Assembly: GCF_032191835.1 (NCBI RefSeq)
Contig: NC_083237.1
Span: 16,926,001 to 16,990,000, forward strand
Direction of reading: 5' to 3'
DNA: 64,000 nt
Source of the DNA: Heteronotia binoei
Taxonomy: Eukaryota
The position numbers were made by a program, and so were the translations under genes. Of this stretch, positions 1-11,838 are shown piece after piece. The notes under the pieces were generated by a model that was given only the letters and a program-made list of their open reading frames with translations, had not been told where the DNA came from and made no database searches. Position 1 is the first letter of the stretch; every line of letters starts with the position of its first letter.

Positions 1-75
1 GACTGCTTGCTTACGTTGAACTGTCTAGTTATGATTGTACTGGAAAAAGACCCCCAAGTATTTAAAAGATTTCAC

Positions 76-1470
76 CTATTCAATATTATTTCCCTTGAGG
101 CACCAGCTTTGTGGTTTCCAGGACTTTGAGAATACTATAATTTTGGAGTTTGCATAGTTTATAGACAGGAAATTTGTCTTGCAGTAGGGAGTAAAGGCAA
201 GTAGCAGGCGCGTGAGGCCCTTCTGTGAGCGTGACAGTACAACTGCATCGTCAGCACAAAGCAATAAAGGAATAACATATGGCCCAAGTTTAGGGGAGTG
301 ACCATCAATAGCATTTAGGTAAGGGGCCAGATCATTCAGGAATAAATTGAACAGATAAGGGGCTAGAATGCAGCCCTGTTTGACTCCCCAATTAGAAGTG
401 ATCTTTGGGGTTAACACACTTAGACCATTATACCGCACTTGACAGCTATTAACGGAATACATTTTACAGATAAGAAAAAGTAGGCGTTTATCCAGGCCCA
501 CGATGTCCAGTTTATTCCAGAGAAGGTCCCTGGGAATAGAGTCAAATGCCCCTTTTAAATCAAGGGAGGCCACAAATAGCCTTCTCCCCCCTGTACCACT
601 GTATTTCTCTATCAGATAGTTAAGTGTTATGCAGTGGCCCAGTGTAGACTTACTGGAGCAAAATCCAATCTGTTCTCTACTTGGGAGATTTTGCTCTTGC
701 ATCCTTGAAGTAAGTTTTCCCAAGAGGTGTCTTGCGTATAATTTGCCTGCTATGTCAAGCAGACTAATTGGGAGGTAGTTCTCTGGTGCTTGTGGGTCAC
801 CCTTCTTGTAAATTGGGACCACTATGGAATTTGTCCATGATTCAGGCATGGTCCCTGTTTTATTAATGACTGTGAAGAGAGTCATCAGAGGAGAAGCCCA
901 CCAATCAGGATTGTTTGTAAATAGCTCTGGTGGGAGACCGTCTGGGCCTGGAGCCTTCCCTGCCTTCAACTGATTGATTAGATGATCGATCTCTTTGGGA
1001 CGAACAGGGGGCCATTCAGGTATATCGGGAGGGATTTGTTCTTGCTGATCTGATACAATGGACAGAGGGTCAAAAAATAAGTGCTGGAAGTGGTCTATCC
1101 AGACCTCAGCGGGGGCGGGATGTCTAAAACAATGGCTCTTCGTGTCAGAAGCACCAGTAACTAATGACCAGGAAAGCTTACTGTTAGAGGCAGTAGAGGC
1201 ACTAATAAGTAAATCCCAGTTCTTGATGCATAATTGTCTTTTCTTAGGGGCCACAGTATCTCTGAGCTTATTTTTCAGTTCAAAATAGTTCAAAAAGATA
1301 TTGGCAGCAAGGCTGTTATGATAAGTGTGATATACTGCGCGCAGTTGATGTTTCAGTTCTTGGCATTCCTTATCATACCACGGGTCTGACTTCCAAACAG
1401 GGGAACTGGGTTTAGCAGACGATGGTTGTTTATAAAAGTTAATTATGGCAGAGGTTATATTGCTATACAT
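76..1470 (-). mobile_element. Non-LTR retrotransposon ORF2 fragment (reverse transcriptase), probably RTE-X clade; inactive
   Basis: 464-aa ORF with RT motifs KAPGPDG, WTNSIVVPIYKKGD, QIGF, LDLKGAFDSI and GVKQGCILAPYLFNLF. The catalytic YADD reads CADD. The clade call rests on resemblance only. Confidence 0.8.
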
Positions 1471-1534
1471 TTGGAGGGCCTCAGAAAGGTTTTCAGCTTC
1501 AACCAGTTGTTGGTTTAGTTCTGTTAATTTGCTT

Positions 1535-1748
1535 GCTTAACGTAAGAGCCACATAGAATAAATGTCAGATGTCTGAGAGCTGCAAGGGAAGGAAGGAAGG
1601 CAGGCAAAAAGATGGGGAGGAAGGGGGATGTGGAAAGAAAGCCACTTTAAATGCATTCTCCAAGCTGCTGGCTGGCATGGAAAAGTGATTTTAAGAGACC
1701 AATGCCTTCTCCAAGCCGGCCAGTGAGGGCTACAAGAGCCACACAATA
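1535..1748. mobile_element. hAT MITE fragment, host of later insertions (resumes near 2845-2872)
   Basis: cttgcttaacgtaagagccacatagaataaatgtcagatg matches the TSD-bounded copy at 51451-51835 and a piece at about 3940-4010. Confidence 0.7.
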
Positions 1749-2256
1749 TAGGGTTGCCAAATCCAATTCAAGAAATATCTGGGGACTTTGGGGGTGGAGC
1801 CAAGAGACATTGGGGTGGAGCCAGGAGTAAGGTTGGGACAAGCATCATTGAACTCCAAAGGGAGTTCTGGCCATCACATTTAAAGAGACCGCACACCTTT
1901 TAAATGCCTTCCCTACATTGGAAATTATGAAGGATAAGGGCAACTTCTTTGGGGGCTCATAGAATTGGAGCCCCTGATTCAATCTTTTTGAAACATGGAG
2001 GATCTTTTGGGGAGAGGCACTGGATGCTATGCTATGAATTAGGTGCCTCTACCTCAAAAAATAGCCCCCATAGAGCCCCAGATACCCACAGATCAATTCT
2101 CCATTATCCTCCTTGTGAATTGCTTTCCATAGGGAATACTGGATTGCCCAGCAGACATTTCCCTCCTCCTCCCCCTGGTTTCTGATGACCCTGAAGTGAG
2201 GGGAGGGCCTCCAAACCGGGGGATTCCCTTCCTCTACCTGGGGACTGGCAACCCTA
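1749..2256. mobile_element. About 500-bp hAT (Blackjack-like) MITE
   Basis: TIRs tagggttgcca/tggcaacccta; perfect 8-bp TSD acacaata. Confidence 0.9.
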
Positions 2257-2264
2257 ACACAATA

Positions 2265-2835
2265 TTTATTTATTTATTTATTTATTTATTACTTTATATT
2301 TATATCCCGCCCTCTCCGCAAGCGGACTCAGGGCGGCTTACAATATCATAAAAACAATCAATTTCATAAAACATATAAAACCATAATACATTTATCAAGT
2401 TAAAAACTATTACAATATCTCAGTCTAGTCTGGCGGTATTAGGTTCTGACTATGACCACCAGCTTCTGTAGGATGTCCGGTGGCAGCCCATTTTCAGTCA
2501 ACCAGAAAAGCCTGCCTGAACAGTTCGGTCTTACAGGCCCTGCGGAACGCCGACAAATCCCGCAGGGCCCTTATAGCTTCTGGGAGGGTGTTCCAGAGTT
2601 CTGGTGCTGCCACCGAGAAGGCCCTAGATCTTGTTGCGGATAACCTGGCTTCTTTTGGGCCAGGGGCGGACAGCAGATTTTTTGTCCCTGATCGCAGTGC
2701 TCTCTGGGGAATATATGGGGAAAGGCGGTCCCGTAGATAGGCAGGTCCCTGACCATAAAGGGCTTTAAAGGTTAATACCAACACCTTGAAGCGAACTCGG
2801 AACACAACAGGCAACCAGTGCAGCTCTCTCAGCTG
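2265..2835 (-). mobile_element. L2 LINE 3' fragment
   Basis: Minus-strand translation LRELHWLPVVFRVRFKVLVLTFKALYG...FSVAAPELWNTLP (L2 ORF2 C-terminus), followed by a tgtaagccgccctgag...gggcgggatataaat tail and (taaa)n. Confidence 0.9.
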
Positions 2836-2872
2836 TGTGTGAAAGCAATATGTGTGAAAGAGCCACATATTG

Positions 2873-3170
2873 TGATAAAAGGAAGTCCTTCTTCACCCAA
2901 AGGGTGATTAACACATGGAATTCACTGCCACAAGACGTGGTGGTGGCTACAAGGATAGACAGCTTCAAGAGAGGATTGGATAAGCATATGGAGCAGAGGT
3001 CCATCAGTGGCTATTAGCCACAGCTTATCGTTGGAACTCCCTGTTTGGGGCAAGTGATGCTCTATATTCTGGGTGCTTGGGGGGCACAGTGGAAGGGCTT
3101 CTAGTGTCCTGGCCCCACGGGTGGACTTTCTTATGGCACTTGGGGTTTCTGGCTACTTGGGGTTTCTGGC
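2873..3170 (+). mobile_element. CR1 LINE 3' fragment
   Basis: RKSFFTQRVINTWNSLPQDVV...FKRGLDKHM is the CR1 ORF2 C-terminus; CR1 3' UTR follows. Confidence 0.85.
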
Positions 3171-3877
3171 CAAAGCTGTTTGCACAGGTGCCAATTAACT
3201 ACTGATTCTGTGGTTACTTTGTGACTGTAATTTTTGCTCTTATTTTGTGGTGTATTTTGCCCGGTTTGTTTCATTTGCGGTTTTTAGTATTTGTTTATCT
3301 TCTGATGATTTTTTCACAATTTGTTTCTCAGTTATATGATATTTTACTTATATTGTATTCCACCTGTATATTTTATCTCCATGAACCTCTTTGATACTTT
3401 TGTTTGTAATAGCCTATGGCTTAACACAAATAAATAAACTATTCACTATTCACATATTGTGATAGTATATTGTGAAAGAATTATGTGTAGTTTGTGTCTT
3501 ACAGCTCTCAAACGTCTGACATTTATTCTATGTGGCTCTTATGTTAAGCACATTTGGCCATGCCTGCAACACTTATCATATTGCCAGTGTTCAAGCAGGA
3601 GTGTGCCTCTGTTTTATTTTATCTACTGGAGAGGTCCTCAACCTTGTTATGCCCATGGGTGCTCTTGGAATTTTGAGAAAGGAATGGAGACAACACCACA
3701 AAATGGCCACCATGGAGCACTGACCAATCATAAGATGTTAAGAAATTTGCCTCATTAATTTAAAAAAAATACTAAAAAAGATCCAGAGAAGTTAGCCATG
3801 TTGGTCTGTTGTGGCAAAATAGTTAAGAGTCCAGGAGCACCTTTAAGACTAACAAATTTATTGCAGCATAAGCTTTT

Positions 3878-4412
3878 GATGCTTTTGAGCTGTCGTGCTG
3901 GAGAAGAATCTTAAGAGTCCCTTACAACAAGTGTTGAAGGGGTGGCCAAACTTGCTTAACATAAGAACCACATAGAATAAATGTCAGATGTTTGAAAGCT
4001 GTAAGACATGAACTACACATAATTTATTGCAGTATATGCTTTTGATGCTTTTGAGCTGTGGTGCTCGAGAAGAATCTTGAGAGTCCCTTGGACTGCAAGA
4101 AGATCCAATCAGTCAGTCCTAAGGGAAATCAACCCAGACTGTTCCCTGGAAGGTCAGATGCTGAAGCTGAAGCTCAAATACTTTGGCCACCAAATGAGAA
4201 GGGAGCACTCACTGGAGAAGATCCTGATGCTGGAAAAGACAGAAGGCAAAAGAAGAAGGGGGCGGCAAAAGATGAGATGGCTGGACAGCGTTACTGATGT
4301 AACAAACACGAATTTGAGAAGACTTCGGAGGATGGTGGAAGACAGAAGGGCCTGGCATGACTTTGTCCATGGAGTCGCAGAGAGTCGGACTCAACTGTGC
4401 GACTGAACAACA
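3878..4412 (+). mobile_element. RTE-BovB 3' fragment (partial internal duplication, MITE piece inside)
   Basis: RVPWTARRSNQSVLREINPDCSLEGQMLKLKLKYFGH...GRQKMRWLD, ending in ctgaacaacaa. Confidence 0.92.
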
Positions 4413-4626
4413 AAAGTTTTTGAGAAACCAAGCTCTCTGCTCAGCACTAACAGTGTTCCTTCCCAGCTCTTCCTGCCATATAATTGGCTGAAATTGAGGG
4501 CCTCCCTAAGAGATTATAGAAATGGGATGCAGAGACACAGAAACAGCCCATCGTATGGCAGGAAAAGCTGAGAAGGGAACACTATTAGTGCTGAGCAGAG
4601 AACTGTGTTTCTCAAAAGCTTATGAT

Positions 4627-4806
4627 CAGGGCTTTTTTGTAGCAGGAAGTCCTTTGCATATTAGGCCACACTCCCCTGATGCAGCCAATCCTCCAAGAGC
4701 TTACACTAGGCCCTGTACTAAGAGCCCTGCAAGGTCTTGGAGGATTGGCTACCTCAGAGGTGTGTGGCCTAATATGCAAAGGAGATCCTGCTAAAAAAAA
4801 GACCTG
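4627..4806. mobile_element. Palindromic hAT MITE (octamer/CACCC family)
   Basis: cagggctttttt...aaaaaagacctg TIRs, near-palindromic body, perfect TSD cttatgat. Relatives near 11040, 12165, 13310, 14797-15305, 15640, 18030, 26945, 34910, 41889-42069, 44880 and 47208-47330. Confidence 0.9.
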
Positions 4807-4908
4807 CTTATGATACAATAAAATTTGTTAGTCTTAAAGGTGTTGGACTGGATGGGCCATTGGCCTGATTCAACATAGTTTCTCTTATGTCCTTAGGAAT
4901 TAATATTT

Positions 4909-5844
4909 TTATTCAAAAGATTTTCTTTCCAACATCTTCACCACTGCCTTGTGGATATCCTTGTTCCGCAAAGTGTAAATGATAGGGTTAAGGAGAGGGG
5001 TGACTACAGCATAAAGGACAGCAATCTTCTTATCACGATCCGGGACTGTGCGTGCCCGGGGTATCAAGTACATAAAGCAGGTGGTGCCATAGTACAAGGT
5101 GACCACTGCCAAGTGGGAGGCACAGGTGGAGAATGCCTTATGACGTCCTGAAGTAGACGTCATTTGTAACACAGAGGACAGAATGAGTCCATAAGATGTC
5201 AAGATTACAATCAGGGGGCCCAAGATGGCCAACCCAGCTGTCCCAAAAAGGATGGCTTCCAAGACGAGAGTATCAGCACAAGCAAGTTTCAACAACATTG
5301 GTAGCTCACAGAAGAAGTGGTTGAGATGGTTGGGGCCACAGAAGGGGAAATGAAGAGTGCATAAAACATTTATCAGAGCAAGGAGGAAGCCACCAAACCA
5401 AGATGCGGAAGCAAGTTGCCACTGGCGACATGTGTCCATTGCAATAGTGTATACCAGAGGGTGGCAGATGGCCAAATAGCGGTCGTAAGCCATGGCGCCC
5501 AGTAGAAAGCATTCAGCCCCAGCCAAAGACTGGAAAATGTACACCTGGAACATGCAACGAGTGAAGGAGATGGATCCATTTCCAGACAGAAGGTGAGCCA
5601 GCATCTGGGGCAAGGTGGTGGTGACATAACAGATCTCCAGTCCGGAGAGGTGCATCAAAAAGAAGTACATGGGGGTGTGGAGGTGGGAGTTGGTTCGTAC
5701 CAGAAGGATCGTCATCAGATTCCCCACAAGAGAAAGCAAGTATACAAGGAGGATGACCAAAAAAAGAAACATCTGTGTCTTCCGATGACTGGAGAGTCCT
5801 GCCAAGATAAAGTCTGCCACAAATGTAAGGTTCTCGGTTCCCAT
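4909..5844 (-). CDS. Olfactory receptor, class II, intact
   Basis: GN in TM1, LHTPMYFFL, MAYDRYLAIC, HFFCELP, KAFSTCASHL, PLLNPIIYTLRNKD. Start taken at MGTENLTF (5844), directly after the acceptor-like ccctttgattgcatgcag. Confidence 0.95.
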   Translation of the reverse strand: MGTENLTFVADFILAGLSSHRKTQMFLFLVILLVYLLSLVGNLMTILLVRTNSHLHTPMYFFLMHLSGLEICYVTTTLPQMLAHLLSGNGSISFTRCMFQVYIFQSLAGAECFLLGAMAYDRYLAICHPLVYTIAMDTCRQWQLASASWFGGFLLALINVLCTLHFPFCGPNHLNHFFCELPMLLKLACADTLVLEAILFGTAGLAILGPLIVILTSYGLILSSVLQMTSTSGRHKAFSTCASHLAVVTLYYGTTCFMYLIPRARTVPDRDKKIAVLYAVVTPLLNPIIYTLRNKDIHKAVVKMLERKSFE

Positions 5845-6444
5845 TTCTGCATGCAATCAAAGGGCAAATATTGGGGTCAGTAACATTTTTTAAAAAAAAC
5901 AGAATAACATTAAAGCAGGCCTTCACCAGAAGCCCAAAAGTGACCTATAAACCCAGCATATGTTCAGGATCCAAATCAGTAGCAAGATTTTCTCCTTAAT
6001 TCTCCAGACTAAACCTTGCTCCGGAGTTCTTAATTGTCATGAGTTCCTCTGTATGGCTTCCATGTTTGGCAAACATTCCCCCTCAGCCCCACAGAGTGTC
6101 TGATTTTCACCCTGGTCTCCTAGAGCACAAGGAATTAGAGATGAAAAATTGTGTGGAAATTTTGAAGTCATCAAGAAAACCACTCTTCTCTTTTAGAAAG
6201 AAGTATGGGGAGAGGGAAGAATCAAAGATATGCAATACTTATTACATCTGTACTTATTTTACTGCTCTGGCAACATACAATGTATGGATTGTTACTTTAT
6301 TAGCATGTAAAATTGTACTGCTTGGCATTTTTGTGATGTTTACCATCCAAATGACTTCATTTTCTACAAGACCAATTATCTATCATTAGTGCTTTAAACT
6401 AAATTAAAATTCCATATGTGTACTGTAGCCATAGAAAGGAAGCA

Positions 6445-6620
6445 TGGTCTAGCCTAAACTTGTCAGTTCTCAGTAGCTAAGCGGGGTATTTGGGTGGGAA
6501 ACTACCAAAGAAGGCTCTTCAGAGAAAAGCAACAGCAAACCACCTCTGCTTCTCACTTGCATTGAAAGCCACATACTTAGGTCTCCATTAGTCAGTCGCA
6601 TCTTGATGGTACATACGTAT
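6445..6620 (+). mobile_element. 5S rRNA-derived SINE (degenerate)
   Basis: tctcagtagctaagcgggg...gggtgggaaactacc resembles the 5S internal promoter region; shares its tail with 8025-8190. Confidence 0.55.
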
Positions 6621-6865
6621 ATCTATAGTGCAATCATGGTTTAGTGAAATCTTGCTGCTTCAATACACCTGAGACAAGGCAAAGTATGCAGTATGGACAG
6701 AGAGGCACTGGTTAAATGGGCCTGTCACACTGGAACCTGAGATCCTGGAAGGGCTGGGAAACTACCTTCTCCATGGTTAACTCCATGCATAAATTATGCT
6801 CAATTCTGATTAATAAAATCATGGTTTGCAACTCGCTGTTCAAACTCCATTTCTGACCATGAGTT

Positions 6866-7250
6866 AACTCTAGAAATTAGCACAAACTGGCTGATGAACT
6901 AATGTGCATCATGAATTTTGGCTTGTTCATGGTTCAGGAAGTGATGTTCATGTAATGAAGAACCACCACAAACTTCCATGAATGTTGATGTCGTTTGTGG
7001 TGGTTCATAAACAGCTACTTTCTGCTCTTCACACACACACAAATAACCCATCTGTTGGGTTTAAATGGCTTGGAGTGAAAATGGCAGGGAGCAGAAAAGC
7101 AGGTAGTTAAACTTTAAATGGCTTACGAACCAATAAGAAAGAGCTCAGTTCATGAACCAACCTCCTGGTTCGTATGGGTTTGCAGCTTGTTTCATGGTTC
7201 AGCCACAAACCACGAACTGCACTACAAAATTGTAGTTCATGCCCATCCTT
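6866..7250. mobile_element. MITE with degenerate inverted termini
   Basis: Left gcacaaac...catgaattttggcttgttcatggttc mirrors right gaaccaacc...gtagttcatgcccatcctta. Confidence 0.5.
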
Positions 7251-7394
7251 AGTTTACTGCTTTCTTGGCCAAGTGACAACTCCAGACAGTCCAAATGACT
7301 TACATGTTGTGCCGAATTTTTATTTAAATCAGGAGTTTATGCTACAGTTCTCCATCAGATTGTTTAGAGAAACAGTTTGAGACATTGGAAGAAC

Positions 7395-7575
7395 CAGGGC
7401 TTTTGGACTTATGGACATATGAAGCTGCCTTATACTGAATCAGACCCTCGGTCCATCAAATTCAGTATTGTCTACTCAGACTGGCAGCGGCTCTCCAGGG
7501 TCTCAAGCTGAGTTTTTTCACACCCATTTGCCTGGACCCTTTTTTGGAGATGCCAGGGATTGAACCACTGAGCCA
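7395..7575 (-). mobile_element. tRNA-headed SINE with CR1-type tail
   Basis: Reverse complement reads ggttcaatccctggcatctcc...ctgccagtctgagtagacaatactgaatttgatggacc...tataaggcagcttcatatg. Confidence 0.65.
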
Positions 7576-8024
7576 CCGTCCCTCCCCGTCCCTTTTTCTG
7601 GGGGGAAATGTGGTGGAACAGAGTCTCCTATGTTTGCTTTTGGGGCAAATATTACAGGTTCTGATTTCAAAGGGTAATTTCAGTTTGGGCAATTGGTACA
7701 AGCAAAATGTTTCCCTTCCCATACTATAGTGAGAGTCCCAGTCAGGATTTCTCATACCTGCTTTATAAAAAGGGGGAGAGGGACTCCTTGGTACTCATTC
7801 ATGGCAGAACTCTTATATGCAGGTATGATCTGGCCCTAAAACTGATAACAGGAGAGACAGGCTACTACCTAATCAAAAGCACATTCTCCAAGCAACTTCC
7901 TGCATCCCCAATAAGAAAATAAGACCCATCAGCAACCTGAAAGTACTGCTTGTCTTATAACATAAATATGCTATGAATATTTCCATTTGCACCTGTTAAC
8001 TTTTTGCAGCCTTAATAGCTCAGA

Positions 8025-8190
8025 CTAGCCCTATCTTGTCAAAGCTCAGAAGCTAAGCAGCCTCTGTACTTGGAAGGGAGACAGCCAAGGAAGACTCTGC
8101 AGAGGCAGGCGATGGCCAACCACCTCTGCTCATCTCTCGAAAACTCTATAAGGTAGAACTTCGTGGGGTCACCCCGAGGTTGGTTGAGGC
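8025..8190 (+). mobile_element. 5S rRNA-derived SINE
   Basis: atcttgtcaaagctcagaagctaagcag...gtacttggaagggagacagcc matches 5S rRNA boxes A and C with a deletion between them, followed by a non-5S tail. Minus-strand copies at about 21455-21590 and 38810-38960. Confidence 0.65.
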
Positions 8191-9540
8191 TGGGCAGCAT
8201 GCTTTATGTTTGCAAAAACTTACTTTAGCAAGCAGGAATTGGATGCTCCTCTTATCTAGTGTAGCACTGTTGCTCTCGGATAGCAGCAGATCTCCAGTGT
8301 CCATCGATACTTGGCTGCTTAATTCTTCAGACTTGAGACTCTGCTTTAACATGCTCCGCCGAGCAGTCTTTAAAGTATTCTTAGGTGGTGATCACTAAAC
8401 CTTGCTATTGTTCAGATCCTTTCATCTGATTGACATTGGAGTAACAACGTGCTATTTTTCTTTGTCTCTATGGTTTTTCAGTGCTTGAGGATTCCGTAAG
8501 AGAACAGGCTGCAGATGATTCTTGAGGATTCCGTAAGATAACAGGCTGCAGATGAGCTTCCCTGGGATAGCTCCATTCCCTTTGGCGCCACCTTCTGGGT
8601 CAGAAAGCCTTGCTGTTTGAACCTCTTTGGCCCCAAGGGCCTCATTACCCCAATAGAAACATTCCCCGGTTTTGTACCTTTCACATTTCTTTTGTGATGC
8701 AAGTTTTCAAACACTTTGCTTTGCGTCCTCAAGGGAATAAAGTGCCAGGAGGATCTTGCCATTAATTTGTTTTTATCCCATTATAGCTCTAAGTACGTTG
8801 TTTTGATTCCACCACGAGCCCACTGAGAGGCAGGCTAGATTGTGATGGGAGAGTCGCTCTCCGGGACGGGGGATTTTCTCATCTTTTGTTCACAATGTTG
8901 AGAGTAAGAAACTTCCTTTTTTGGTATTAAGTAAATGTTGAGAGTCTTTAAAGGTTTGAAACAGACAAGACACGGGAAGAGTCATAAGCAGTTCTTCTAA
9001 CCCTCTAAGGATGTAAAAGGAAATTTTTGTATTGATTGGTTCAGCTTAAACTACAGTGTTTCAATTGATTCTTTTCTATGACAACATGGGAAAAGTTCAA
9101 CTGAACTTGCCAGGTAGCCCATTAAAGTCTGAGCAAAAGCGTGGGCCTCCCTTCTTTCCCTTGTCTTTGCAGAAGTCATTAGCTTCACTGAGCTTGTGGA
9201 TGCTCCAGTCATTTTGAGAAAGGGTATCGCCCTAAAATGGCTACCACCGGGTATGGGCTAATCATAACATTTGGGGAGCTTCCCAGCCAAGCATAACCCT
9301 GCAATGGAGGCAGCTGTTTCTGAACTGATATTCGCTACAGAGGCAGAAGCAATATCTAGGGCCAGGGGTACCACCAACATACATTGAGATGGGGCAGCTG
9401 ACTAGGCAGGGCCCACTTGCCAAAGAGGCCCCCCTCTACACGATGTCAGAGAAGGAATTGTGGTATTTCTGGCAAACACTGTGGTGGTGTTCCTCTTTGC
9501 ACACAACACCCAGCAGTATTAGGGAAAGAAACATCTAGTC

Positions 9541-10163
9541 CAGTGGTGTTGAACTCATTTGTTATGAGGGCTGGATCTGACGTAAATGAGACCTTGTTGG
9601 GCCGGGCTATGTGGGGTTGGGCCAAGCCATGTCAGGCTGGGTCATGTGTGTACCTATTTAAGATTAGCAGAGATATAAATTTTATAAAGAACACAGAAAA
9701 ACACAAATATATATGTTTTTAAAAACTTAAAACATGCTTAAACCGGTAGCACTCATTGGTCTTAAAGATGCTTTCTTTATATCTCTCCCATGGGATCCAG
9801 GGAACTGGGTAAAGGAAGCTCTGGCTCTTTCTTTCCTTCCGCAGGGGACTAAGGGGAGGAGCCTCAGCCAATAGAAGGAAGAGAGGCTTGGCTCAGTAGC
9901 TCTGATGTGCGAGTGAGAGAGCCTGTCAAAGCAAGCTATTCCTCCCCCGTCCTCCCCAAGGGAGGAGCCTCGGCCAACAGAGAAAATAGAGACTTTGCTC
10001 TGAAGCTCCTGTGTGATTGAGCAAGCTTTGCAAAGCAAGCTGTGATGCAGAAGGAAGCAAGATATAGGGAGAAGGGAGCAGATGACAGCCATTTGCTCAG
10101 GGACCTGATAGGAGTCCTCCGGGGGCCTGATTTGGCCCCTGAACTGCATGTTTGAAACCCCTG
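9541..10163. mobile_element. About 620-bp hAT MITE
   Basis: TIRs cagtggtgttgaac/gtttgaaacccctg; perfect TSD atctagtc; second copy at 23890-24490. Confidence 0.9.
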
Positions 10164-11292
10164 ATCTAGTCAGTAGAAGGTTCACCAACCGGCAAGGGAA
10201 AGGAAACACAAGCAGATGGGGAAGTGGATGGGTTGGAAGGAAGCCATGAGTGGGGGTCCCAGTGGAAGTCAGAGGAGCAGAGGGCCCCCCCCCCCTAAAA
10301 CCTGGAACCAGCTCTGTTTAGGGAACACAGCTGTGACATGGGGATCTGAGCTCTACTGTGTTTCTATCATAATTTAAGCCATAGGGTTCTTTACATCTTT
10401 GTGTTGTCTTTTTAAACATCCCTTTATCACCTTTCATACATTTGTGACTTGAGTCATTGTTTTTGTGACTTGGGTACTGGATTATCGGTGACTTGTGACA
10501 TTAGGAACCATTAGAACCTGCTTCAGAGCGTGATCCAGGGGGGACTCATCTGAAGTGTCCCTTGGTGATTTGTAACATGGCGGCTACAAGTGTCACTTGA
10601 CCATTCTTTGGTTAAGCTGATGGCTCTGAATGGTTGGCTGATGTTTTCTCAGTGTGCTCAGAAATTGCTCCCCTGTTACTCATCTGTGTTTACTGCAAAA
10701 AATATAGCTCAGCAGTGGAGAGATGGGCCCCTTTTAGTATTACCAGACTTAAAATTACAATTGGGCAAACTATCCAGTGCTATCCTGCCCTGCATTTCCC
10801 ACTTACAGTTCTTTATTGTTTTAACCTCATCTTGATTCACAACGCCCTTGCGGGGTCGGTTAATCCGAGAGAAAGCAGCCTGTATTGCACCACCCCAATA
10901 ACCAAATTTGGGAGCCTTCCTCCAGCCCAAGAAGCCTGCAACATCAACCAACTTCAACAGTGACCAGTGAGCATCTCTCTGCTTTGCTGAAAGGTGGCCA
11001 ATGGTCTTGGTTTTGTGCAGGGCTTCTTTCTTTATTTATTTTGAGCAGGAATGCACAGTTCCGGCTGGCTTGGTGTCAGGGTGTATGGCCTAATATGCAA
11101 ATGAGTTCCTGCTGGGCTTTTTCTACAAACAAAGCCCTGGTTTTGCCCCTGCAAACTGTTCAACACTGCCTGCAGTGATAACGACAATGCCGCCTGTGAC
11201 CCTGTGGCCTGCTTGCAAAGGTGCAAGAGCCTTGCTGGAACCAGAAAGTCGGCAGCTCTGTTGAGGAGGCTTGTTTTAAGCATTCCTGACAC

Positions 11293-11838
11293 TGTCCAGG
11301 AAATGTGTGGATGGCGGATCTTTTTTTGAATCAGATTTGGTGGGCAAGGAACAGCTCCCACCCCATGCTCCTGACTGATCTCAGCTGCCTTTAGAATGGG
11401 AGTCAAACTGGGAAGGAATTGTCCAAGGCCTGTCAATGTCAAGTCTGTCTGTAAACTCTGGCTCAGTCAGGGAGCATTCTGGGTAGAACCAAAGTATAAC
11501 CAAATGCTGCTAGCTCAAACCTTTCCCATCCCCTCCTTTCCTGTAGTGGGTAGTTTTGCTTTGAAAGGGAAAGATGTGAAAACCTTATCTGTGCCTTCTC
11601 AGGCCTGGCTCTCAGGAGGGAGTCAGGAGCTTGGGATGATCAAGGCCATCGAGCCTGAGAACAAAATTGTGACATCAATGTGTGAATGTTCCCTGCATAC
11701 TCCCCCCCTTAGGAATTCATCAGAAGTACCCCTTAAATGCAATGTATCAAGGTATACTCTTTAGTCTTTCAATGCTGGCTTTTGCCTCAAGTATCAGTAT
11801 CAATAAACTAGTTTCTTTGTATCAATGACTCGTTATTG
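11293..11838 (+). mobile_element. Candidate solo LTR
   Basis: tgtc...gaca termini with aataaa about 35 bp before the end; no convincing TSD. Confidence 0.35.

Larger units (their letters stand above)
3781..4845. mobile_element. Penelope-like terminal repeats in inverted arrangement, interrupted by BovB and a MITE
   Basis: gttagccatgttggtctg...cacctttaagactaacaaatttattg on the left and its reverse complement aatttgttagtcttaaaggtg on the right; inner arms about 4412-4480 and 4553-4622 are reverse complements. Confidence 0.6.

Noticed and set aside
8025-8100. Possible 5S rRNA gene
   Set aside because: Internal deletion, no 5S 5' end, and a repeat tail follows.
10330-10595. LTR end followed by a PBS (gtaaca-tggcggct)
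   Set aside because: I could not match the TGG tract to a tRNA 3' end, and no gag follows.
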